Shown here piece after piece: positions 1-7,484 of a stretch of 64,000 nt of DNA. The stretch is from Candidatus Woesearchaeota archaeon (lineage in GTDB: Archaea; Nanobdellota; Nanobdellia; Woesearchaeales; DSVV01): NCBI GenBank assembly GCA_018661705.1, contig JABJHR010000001.1:47042-111041 (forward strand), in the 5' to 3' direction. Made by a program: the position numbers and the translations under genes. The stretch's first letter is position 1; every line of letters begins with the position of its first letter. The notes under the pieces are model-generated. The model searched no databases. It saw only the letters and a list, made by a program, of their open reading frames with translations, and had not been told where the DNA came from.

Positions 1-776
1 TCATAACAATCTTTTGCTTTTCTTACAGCGCCATTATAGCCTGTTGAGATTATTTTATCACTCTGGTTTACTATTACTGCCCCAAATTTACGTCTTAAAC
101 AAGTGCTTCTTTGACAAACTTGTTTTGCAATTTCTAAATAATAATCAACTTTTGAAGGTCTTTTGTTAGTAGGATCTACTTTTTTCTCTTCTGTCTTTTT
201 TTCTTGAGTAATTGTTTGTTTAGTTTCTTTTCCTGTGAATAAAGAATAAACTGTTTCTAGATTGCTTATTAATTCTTCTTTTCCCAGGTCATTTACAATA
301 ATTTCATCAGCCATTGCAATAGGTCCTGCTTTTTCAACATTTTCAATTTCTGCAAGGTCTCTTGAAGCAGCTTCTTGATTTGTTAATGGTCTTATTTCTC
401 TTTTTGCTAATCTTTCATATCTTATACTTGGGGAAGTCTGGATGGCCAAGATTTTTATTTCTGGAAATCTGTCTTTTAGAATTTTTAATTCAGTCCAACT
501 ATACAGTCCATCAATTATCACGTCTTGGCCAAGCGTTAATGAAGCCTCTATTTTTGGAATGTTTTTTACTGCATAAGCTCCCATTCCAAACTCCTTTCTT
601 AATCCTTCTCTTATTCCCCGCTCATTTGTTTCATTTGTCTCTAAGCCTCTTTCCTTAAGAATATCCATAGTGATGTCTCCAAATCTTACCTTATGAAAAC
701 CTTTATTGATAAAGAACTCTGTAGCAACACTTTTTCCAGAACCAGTTAATCCTACAATAGCTATAATCTTATTCAT
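1..776 (-). CDS. P-loop kinase (UPF0200/dephospho-CoA-kinase-like) fused to dCMP deaminase; runs off the left edge of the window
   Basis: Not in the ORF track; translated by hand from ATG 776. MNKIIAIVGLTGSGKS (Walker A)...IIDGLYSW...AGPIAMAD, then RPSKVDYYLEIAKQVCQRSTCLRRKFGAVIV...ISTGYNG, the typical dCMP deaminase N-terminus. Confidence 0.85.
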   Translation of the reverse strand, partial: MNKIIAIVGLTGSGKSVATEFFINKGFHKVRFGDITMDILKERGLETNETNERGIREGLRKEFGMGAYAVKNIPKIEASLTLGQDVIIDGLYSWTELKILKDRFPEIKILAIQTSPSIRYERLAKREIRPLTNQEAASRDLAEIENVEKAGPIAMADEIIVNDLGKEELISNLETVYSLFTGKETKQTITQEKKTEEKKVDPTNKRPSKVDYYLEIAKQVCQRSTCLRRKFGAVIVNQSDKIISTGYNGAVRKAKDCY

Positions 777-830
777 TAGATTTGGGAAGAATTTAGGTTT
801 TATATGTTTTGTTGAAGTGTGTTATATGGG

Positions 831-1481
831 TTAGTGTAGTACCTTATCTAAAGTTAAGTAAACTGCCCTAGAAAACTTTGCTTCTTTTCCAAGAGTAACG
901 TGATGGGGCTGGGAATTATTTACTATTCTCCATGGTTCATCTCCATTGGATTTTTTCTCTCTGTATAAACAAACATCAGCATATTCAGTGATACTACAAA
1001 TTGTTTTTTCAGAAAATCCATCACACACAGCAATTTTCAAGCCATGATAACCGGGATATCCTTTGGATCTTGGTGCTAATACTTTAAAGAAATCTCTTAG
1101 ATCATTACGATTAGGGATCCATACAACTGCAGCAATATCTTCTAAAGGATCAGAATAGCCACTTTTGGATCTTTGTAGCATTTTACTTGAATTATAAATC
1201 TCAGAATGGTGCATTGCTCCTCTAGACCTCATTGCATCATTAAAATAACCAAAGTTGTACTTATCACCATTCTCACAACCGCATTCAAATAATTTTTGAA
1301 TTAATCTATATCTCAATAATCTGTTCATTTGTCTATCTTTACTAGTAAATGATATTTCATTGTGTATAAGAACTAATTTTTTTTCTACTCTAACTATACC
1401 ATCTCTCTCTACTTCAGTTGGTTTAACACCAATTGTTGGTGGAGTTCTTGTTAAGGGTGTCGCTTCTTCTGTGTGTTGCAT
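831..1481 (-). CDS. hypothetical protein
   Basis: Long ORF (ATG at 1481; track start TTG 1499) with a BRE/TATA promoter upstream; no recognisable motif. Confidence 0.6.
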   Translation of the reverse strand: MQHTEEATPLTRTPPTIGVKPTEVERDGIVRVEKKLVLIHNEISFTSKDRQMNRLLRYRLIQKLFECGCENGDKYNFGYFNDAMRSRGAMHHSEIYNSSKMLQRSKSGYSDPLEDIAAVVWIPNRNDLRDFFKVLAPRSKGYPGYHGLKIAVCDGFSEKTICSITEYADVCLYREKKSNGDEPWRIVNNSQPHHVTLGKEAKFSRAVYLTLDKVLH

Positions 1482-1563
1482 AGACTTTTCATCTCGCAAA
1501 GTTGGTTGGCAATTTCTCAGAGTTTACTGGTTAAACTCCTATATATACTTATGGTTGATCTAC

Positions 1564-1578
1564 TATTTAAATGTTTCG
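1564..1578 (-). promoter_or_regulatory. archaeal BRE+TATA promoter (CGAAACATTTAAATA)
   Basis: The same CGAAACATTTAWA motif recurs at 23420 (+), 45570-45584 (-) and 62049-62066 (-). Confidence 0.65.
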
Positions 1579-1603
1579 TTTTTGACACTACTTTGGAGTA
1601 GTT

Positions 1604-2152
1604 TCAGAATTGTGTTTTAACAAATTCAGCTATGTGTATTCTTAGATCTTCCATGCCACGTATGTTAACAATTGTATGGTTTGCAACAGCAATTGGACCC
1701 CCAACATTTAAGTTTTCAATTTCTTCTTTATCTCGAGAAATAGCTTCTTCTTTGTGTAATGGCCTATGGTGGCGGGTGTTTAAACGCAGGTGCCTAACTG
1801 GTGGTGGAGCATAGATAGCTAACAATAGAAGTCTTTCTTTGTATATCTTTTTTAGAAATAAATATTCTTCCCAACTATAAAGCCCATCAATAACGATATT
1901 GGTTGTTACTAATGTCTTTGCAATATCATTTTTATGCAATTTTGCATATGCTTCCATACCTTCTTTTTCTCTTAAATATTCACGCATTCTTTTTTCATTG
2001 TGTTCTGTATGTTCTATTTTGTTGTCTTGGATTAATTTATCAGTTAAATCTCCAAATTTGATAATTTTAAATCCGTGCTGAGAAAAGAATCTAGCTGCTT
2101 CTGTCTTACCAGAGCCAGGAAGACCAACTAAAGCAACTATTTTTCTGTCCAT
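1604..2152 (-). CDS. UPF0200/dephospho-CoA-kinase-like P-loop NTPase
   Basis: GLPGSGKT Walker A, VIDGLYSW and GGPIAVAN; clear paralogue of the N-terminal domain of 1..776. Confidence 0.85.
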   Translation of the reverse strand: MDRKIVALVGLPGSGKTEAARFFSQHGFKIIKFGDLTDKLIQDNKIEHTEHNEKRMREYLREKEGMEAYAKLHKNDIAKTLVTTNIVIDGLYSWEEYLFLKKIYKERLLLLAIYAPPPVRHLRLNTRHHRPLHKEEAISRDKEEIENLNVGGPIAVANHTIVNIRGMEDLRIHIAEFVKTQF

Positions 2153-2216
2153 AAGTGTTTATTTGTTTTTGTTATTTATATAAATTGAGGTTTTAAAATG
2201 AAATAAAAATAAATTC

Positions 2217-2410
2217 TAGTGAAAAAATAGCATCCGCCGGTGTTGAAGAGTAATACAATTTACTTTTCGATACAAAAAATAATAACGTGGCCAGGCGAGG
2301 TGAAACCGAGTAGGACTTTAGTCCGTCTGTGCCATTGTTGTTATTGTTTTTTGTTTATGTGTTTATGGCAACAAATGACTACAACACTAGGGCGGAGTTA
2401 ATGTCGCTTA
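2217..2410 (+). repeat. Family B structured repeat, degenerate and split by a Family A copy
   Basis: TAGTGAAAAAATAGCATCCGC..TGTTGAAGAGTAATAC (2218-2256) and ACTACAACACTAGG (2378-2391) match the two halves of 11971-12061. Confidence 0.7.
2272..2354 (+). repeat. Family A three-way-junction repeat, copy 1
   Basis: GGCCAGGCGA-GGT GAA ACC-GAGTA-GGACT TT AGTCC-GTCTGTGCC inside an AAAAATAATAAC/GTTATTGTTTTT stem. Confidence 0.9.
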
Positions 2411-2478
2411 CTCTATTTTTCTTTTTTCTGCAATGTATTATAACAACATTAATATATCTTAATGCATTACATCTTATT

Positions 2479-3198
2479 ATGAGTGGGAAATTTGTAATGG
2501 TTGAAGGTTTAGATGGAAGTGGTAAAGGTGTTGTAGTTAATACCCTAAAAGAATACTTTGATAACAAAGGATTAAAAGTATTTGATTTAAGAGAACATTG
2601 TAAAGAACATCTTTCTTTTCCAGAATTTAGTGAAATAGAAGAATATGATGTTATTATTAATGCTGAACCAACTTATAGTCATGTTGGAATCGCAATTAGG
2701 GATGAAATTATTAGAGAAAATGAAAGAAAGTATTCTGGGCTAAGTACTGCACATGCATTTGCACTTGATAGAGAAATTTTATACAAAAAATTATTAATTC
2801 CTGCACTTGAAAAAGGCAAAACTGTTATACAAGAAAGAGGATTAGTTACTAGTTTTGTTTATCAACCAATTCAATTAGAAAGAATTAGTCTAAAAGATAT
2901 TCTTAATATTCCTGGGAATAGATTAGCATTGAAATACAGACCTGATTTACTAATTATTACAAAAGTTGATCCTCAAGTTGTTATCCATCGTTTAAAAAAT
3001 AGAGAGAAAAAAGATAATGCAATATTTGAGAAATTAGTTTTTCAAAGGCAAGTTGCAAACAGGTATGAAAGTGAATGGTTAAGCAAATTGTTTTCAGGCA
3101 GAGGTTCACAAGTTCAATTTTTAGATACTAATTATCCCAAAACAGTTGAAGACACCCAAAAGGCTGCAATTGAAATGTGGGAAGAGTTTGATAAGTAG
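2479..3198 (+). CDS. tmk: thymidylate kinase
   Basis: FVMVEGLDGSGK P-loop, AEPT, FALDR, ERG...YQ and PDLLII. Start moved to ATG 2479 because the track's extension runs through repeats. Confidence 0.85.
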   Translation: MSGKFVMVEGLDGSGKGVVVNTLKEYFDNKGLKVFDLREHCKEHLSFPEFSEIEEYDVIINAEPTYSHVGIAIRDEIIRENERKYSGLSTAHAFALDREILYKKLLIPALEKGKTVIQERGLVTSFVYQPIQLERISLKDILNIPGNRLALKYRPDLLIITKVDPQVVIHRLKNREKKDNAIFEKLVFQRQVANRYESEWLSKLFSGRGSQVQFLDTNYPKTVEDTQKAAIEMWEEFDK

Positions 3199-3322
3199 TT
3201 CTAAGTTTTAAGTTATAAGTGGGTTTTAAGTAAATTAGTCAGTAGTATTAAGGTTATGTAGCATTACTTAGAACTAAATAACCACTTACCTACTTCAAAC
3301 TTACTACTTATAACTTAATACC
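3194..3322. repeat. Family C heptamer-based fold-back spacer
   Basis: G/T-rich left arm (AGTTCTA AGTTTTA AGTTATA) and complementary A/C-rich right arm (TTACTACTTATAACTT). Confidence 0.7.
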
Positions 3323-3424
3323 TATTTTTTAGTAATCTTTATATATTAATAGGGCTTTATGACTATGGTAAATAGCTAATTTAATCAAATTTACAATCCT
3401 ATAGGAACAAAAGGAGGGATATAC

Positions 3425-3700
3425 ATGTTAAGAATGAAAAGACTAACCGAAACATACGATATGAAAGTTTTTACTGATTCAGGAGAATATTTTGGAGATG
3501 TTGAAGAATCAATCATCACATCAAATAAAGTATTTGGATGGAGAGTTAAGAGTACAAAAAATTCATTTCTGAATAAAATCTTAGGAAGTGCAAAAGGAGT
3601 AATTGTTCCACACCAACTAGTTAAAAGCATTGGTGATATTATGATTATTTCTAAATCAGCTGTTCCTAGCTACAATCCAGAAGAAGACGATTTAGAATAA
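3425..3700 (+). CDS. PRC-barrel domain protein
   Basis: VFTDSGEYFGDVEE...VIVPHQLVKSIGDIMII; SD GGAGGG upstream. Confidence 0.85.
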   Translation: MLRMKRLTETYDMKVFTDSGEYFGDVEESIITSNKVFGWRVKSTKNSFLNKILGSAKGVIVPHQLVKSIGDIMIISKSAVPSYNPEEDDLE

Positions 3701-3812
3701 ATTTTTATTTTTACTTATTCTTTGTTTTATTTATTTAATTGTTTCTAGTCTTTTATTTCACACCTAATAACACACAAATAATATAAACAGTAATCATATC
3801 CTCCATAAAATA

Positions 3813-5297
3813 ATGATGACTGAAGGTATGGATGCATTAGATTTATTAGTTGCTTCTAGTAGAGAAAATAGATCAGAGAAGCCTCAAATTAAAAGAGCAA
3901 TAGTTAGCTTTAGTTATGATAGAAAATTAGAGTTTGATGAAGCTTGTAAAAAGGCGCAGGATAAGGCTGCCTTGGAAGAAAAACTTCAAAAACCTGGGAG
4001 AAGTCATGTTTTCTATAGGACATTAGATTATAAATTTAATGGGGAAGAAGTAGATTTTGTTAAATTTAATCTGTTAATTGGGGAAGTTCCCGGGGTTGTT
4101 TACACTTATCTTAATGTTATGCTTTCAGATTTAGAAGAAGTTAGTTTTGTTGTAAGTCCCTTATCAAAAGAAATACTTAATGAATGCAGAAAGATATATG
4201 GTGATTTTGGAAAAACAGTTCATGTAACTGATGAGCTTGATCCAGACCAAACATGGACAGATCTTAGTTTTTTTAATTCTTTTGCTGATAAAGGAGTCAG
4301 ACCCTTTCAAAATCTAGGAGAAGATGAACAGTTTTTATTGGTTCCAGGAGATATGCCATTTACTGACCAAGAAACAATGAATGATATTATTTATGATAAG
4401 AGAAACCAAGGTCATGATGTTATACTAAATTTTAATTATTTTTTTAATATGTTTTGTGGTCTTGATGTTGTTTATCCAAGAAGAAATGCACATTATCACA
4501 TATTAAATCCAGATGGAACAACTAACTCTGGGAAAGAATCTAATCTTGTTGTTATGAATAGTAGGATTCTACCTTATATCGGTCATTTTACAGATAGTAG
4601 AAAAAATGGCGGAGTAATAAAAGCATCTATTGATTTAATATTGGATGGCAAAGAAGTAATTAGTGAAAGCTATAATGAAGGTAATTCAAGAAGGTTAAGA
4701 GATATGGCTTTTGGTGAATGGAAAACACTATTTAGTAGATTAAGGTTAGCTGCAAAAGGAAACATGAGAGCAATTAGATCAATATTATATAATAAAATGG
4801 TAAAAGATCCAAGATCTAAGAAACAATTAGTGTTTGATATTTCTCATTTAAATAAATTAGCCTATGTATTAGCTGAGCTTAATCCTTTATTTAGATTTTA
4901 TACTCCTGGTTCAGATCCTGAAAATAAACATCCTAACATGGTAGCTCATCATGATTTCAGTAGAGTTAATGATTTAGATGCACCACAAGATTATGTTGGA
5001 TTTCTTGGCCCATTAAAGTATTGTGCTGAGAAAGGTTGGAATTTAGGACAAATTTATAGGAATGCAGGACTATTAAATGATTTTTTACCAGCAATGGCAA
5101 GATTAAAATCAGATCATTTATTTTTTGCAGAACATAATGCAATTGTTAATGATACTTCAAGGGGATTAGGTTTAGATAAGGATGTGTTTAATGGCGATGA
5201 TCTTAATTTACAGATATATACGAGACATCAATATCCGGGAATATTAAGACAATTACACAGATACGTAATAAGAAATAGAGTTACACCAAAGCAATAA
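3813..5297 (+). CDS. hypothetical protein, possible divergent GT-A/NTP-transferase fold
   Basis: 494 aa; LLVPGDMPF, GKESNL and DLDAPQD resemble MobA-like nucleotidyltransferase motifs. Confidence 0.5.
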   Translation: MMTEGMDALDLLVASSRENRSEKPQIKRAIVSFSYDRKLEFDEACKKAQDKAALEEKLQKPGRSHVFYRTLDYKFNGEEVDFVKFNLLIGEVPGVVYTYLNVMLSDLEEVSFVVSPLSKEILNECRKIYGDFGKTVHVTDELDPDQTWTDLSFFNSFADKGVRPFQNLGEDEQFLLVPGDMPFTDQETMNDIIYDKRNQGHDVILNFNYFFNMFCGLDVVYPRRNAHYHILNPDGTTNSGKESNLVVMNSRILPYIGHFTDSRKNGGVIKASIDLILDGKEVISESYNEGNSRRLRDMAFGEWKTLFSRLRLAAKGNMRAIRSILYNKMVKDPRSKKQLVFDISHLNKLAYVLAELNPLFRFYTPGSDPENKHPNMVAHHDFSRVNDLDAPQDYVGFLGPLKYCAEKGWNLGQIYRNAGLLNDFLPAMARLKSDHLFFAEHNAIVNDTSRGLGLDKDVFNGDDLNLQIYTRHQYPGILRQLHRYVIRNRVTPKQ

Positions 5298-5308
5298 AAA
5301 AGAATTAA

Positions 5309-5650
5309 TTATTCAGCTTTTAATTTCATAATTGCTTCTGCTAAATCTCCTTTACATTCTTCTAAGGTTTCTTTAGCTTTTTCTTCTGAACAACTTGTTT
5401 GGTCTATGACTGTTTGAATATCATCTTCGTTGATATCTGGTGTGGTATCAACATCTCTTTCAACTGGTTCGCCAACAACTTGAAATGTGTTTTGACCCAT
5501 CATATTTATCATAGAAACTTGTGGATTATCAAAAACTAATTCTTTATTTCCAACTTTCATAATTACTTGAGAAACCTCTAATGTCTCTTCCTTAATGCCC
5601 ATTCTTTTCATGGCCTGCTTCATCATCTTTGGATTCATTCCTGGAATCAT
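5309..5650 (-). CDS. nac: nascent polypeptide-associated complex protein
   Basis: MIPGMNPKMMKQAMKRMGI...DIQTVIDQT...GDLAEAIMKL (NAC plus UBA-like domain); SD GAGGTG. Confidence 0.95.
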   Translation of the reverse strand: MIPGMNPKMMKQAMKRMGIKEETLEVSQVIMKVGNKELVFDNPQVSMINMMGQNTFQVVGEPVERDVDTTPDINEDDIQTVIDQTSCSEEKAKETLEECKGDLAEAIMKLKAE

Positions 5651-5928
5651 AAAAACACCTCTATGGTAACCCAAGCATTGTTTTGCCATATGTGTGCAAA
5701 ATGATTGATATGATTATTACTACAACAACTAGTACAATAATCAATCCTGGCTTCATTTGCAGCGTTGACTTATACTCATCAAAATATCGGATTAAGCCGC
5801 CTGTAGATTGGGGCATTGAAACTTTATCTTTTGCCATTTTATGTATGTTATTGTTAGTTATTTATAAAGTTTGCTGAGAAAAGTGATGTGTTAAAATGAT
5901 CTTTTCTTAGAAAGGAACTTATTGTGCA

Positions 5929-6270
5929 TTATTCCTCAGATAAGATTTTTTCAATTTTAATTGCTATTTCTTTTGATTCACTTACTTGGTTTTTCATCTT
6001 GTTGATGAGTTTGTTTAATTGTCTTATTGTGCCCATGATTAGAATATCACTTTTCTCAATACTGCAATTAACACAGCCTTTGTTAACAGCAACATCTCCA
6101 CCAATAGAAAGCATTTCTTGTTTTAAGATGTTTGCAATTGCATTTCTAACATCTTTTATTTTTATGATTCTAAATTTAGATTTATCAAGCATATAATTGG
6201 TTGCCCATTCATCTACTCCAATGTCTTGCATCTCTTGTTTAACATCTTTTTCTGGGATTAGTTCTGCCAT
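5929..6270 (-). CDS. stand-alone domain resembling the N-terminal extension of long dihydropteroate synthases
   Basis: ANILKQEMLSIGGDVAV...DILIMGT..QL..LI.KMK.Q motif; no pterin-binding barrel follows. Confidence 0.65.
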   Translation of the reverse strand: MAELIPEKDVKQEMQDIGVDEWATNYMLDKSKFRIIKIKDVRNAIANILKQEMLSIGGDVAVNKGCVNCSIEKSDILIMGTIRQLNKLINKMKNQVSESKEIAIKIEKILSEE

Positions 6271-6295
6271 TTTTTATTTATATTTCTTAAAAGAT

Positions 6296-6399
6296 AGAAA
6301 AAACAACAACAACTTAGGCACAGACGGACTTTTTCTTTCAGAAAAAATCCTACTCACCTCGCTATGCTCGGTTCGCCTGGCCATGCTATTGTTTTTTCT
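6296..6399 (-). repeat. Family A three-way-junction repeat, copy 2
   Basis: Minus strand: GGCCAGGCGA-ACC GAGCATAGCGA GGT-GAGTA-GGATTTTTT..AAAAAGTCC-GTCTGTGCC. Confidence 0.9.
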
Positions 6400-6413
6400 T
6401 TATTAAAATAAAA

Positions 6414-7145
6414 TTATGCTTTTGCTTTGAAAAGTCTACTTATCAAATAGCTTTTATCGACATGTAAAATGTCTGATGGAATCTTAAATTTGCTTGTTAC
6501 TTTATGTAACACTGCATTCATTCCAAAATAACTGCCAATAATTCCCATTGCAAATAATGATCTTTCAAATACAACTACTGGCATTAATGCTAGCCATTCT
6601 GCAGGAGACATTGGGAATGTGTAAAGCCATGCAACACTCCCTATACTGTGTGCTACAAATGTTGCTCCAAAACTTTTTAAGATTAAATTATCTGAATATC
6701 TTGTTGGTAAAATTGCTACAATTATTGGAACCCACCAAAACATTGCATATAACCATGCTTCTCTACCAACTGGGTGCATAATGAATGCAATCATTGCAAT
6801 TAATGGGATTACTACACCAAATATTTTTGCTAACATTGGTTTGCCAAATAATTTTTTTCTTGAACCAAAATAAATTGCAGCAAATATCATTGGAGTTAAT
6901 CTAACTATATTAACTAAAGTAAATGCTTTTCCAGCAATTATATAATCAGTACCATGTGCAATTAAAACTGATATTGCACCAACAATCGGACCTAAAAATG
7001 CACCTGCGATTGGTCCAAAGAATTGAAATAATGTGAAAAATTGGTTATCTGCACCAACTAATGGTGAAAAATTAACTCTTCTTCCTATAAATACTAATGC
7101 TGCGAATAATACTAAGAATATTACATGTTTTTTAGTTATTTTCAT
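6414..7145 (-). CDS. integral membrane protein, ECF S-component-like
   Basis: About 7 hydrophobic helices; FFGPIAGAFLGPIVGAIS resembles the S-component 'G..fGp..G' motif. Confidence 0.55.
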   Translation of the reverse strand: MKITKKHVIFLVLFAALVFIGRRVNFSPLVGADNQFFTLFQFFGPIAGAFLGPIVGAISVLIAHGTDYIIAGKAFTLVNIVRLTPMIFAAIYFGSRKKLFGKPMLAKIFGVVIPLIAMIAFIMHPVGREAWLYAMFWWVPIIVAILPTRYSDNLILKSFGATFVAHSIGSVAWLYTFPMSPAEWLALMPVVVFERSLFAMGIIGSYFGMNAVLHKVTSKFKIPSDILHVDKSYLISRLFKAKA

Positions 7146-7243
7146 TTTTACACCCCTGATTGTTTTGAATTAGGATGGCATGGGGTTTTAAATAGTTTAT
7201 TATTGATTATTACATGATTTAAGAATATGTTGGTATTTGTTGA

Positions 7244-7432
7244 GTATATGCATAGCTCCTAACAAAGATGTTGTTGCTGCCGGTTATAGTGGCTGAAATC
7301 CCATTGAATAATTTATTTAAATCATGTTATGTAGTATATTATTGGATTTCAGTTCCAAATATCATAAACCTATAATGCCACTATAACAAATTTGAGGCAG
7401 TAACAACATCATAAAAGGAGCTATGCACATAC
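7244..7432. mobile_element. MITE-like element (189 bp, 17-bp terminal inverted repeats, 8-bp flanking direct repeat)
   Basis: GTATATGCATAGCTCCT (7244-7260) / AGGAGCTATGCACATAC (7416-7432), flanked by TTTGTTGA at 7236-7243 and 7433-7440; nested internal stems. Confidence 0.7.
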
Positions 7433-7484
7433 TTTGTTGAATAATATTTATATAACCTAATGGATTACTTAATTTTAATTTAAA

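Noticed and set aside
362-658. 98-aa + strand ORF and the many other short antisense ORFs in the track
   Set aside because: They shadow well-supported genes on the opposite strand or frame and carry no motifs.
2289-2333. Family A as a hammerhead/HDV ribozyme or 5S rRNA fragment
   Set aside because: No CUGANGA/GAAA core or HDV pseudoknot; only GAGTAGG resembles 5S and the architecture differs.
2329-2478. N-terminal extensions of tmk and of the ORFs at 12095, 36456, 37762 and 39639
   Set aside because: They read through repeats or promoters; homology begins at downstream ATGs.
7283-7387. Integron attC site
   Set aside because: The order is GTT...AAC rather than AAC...GTT, and there is no cassette array or integrase.
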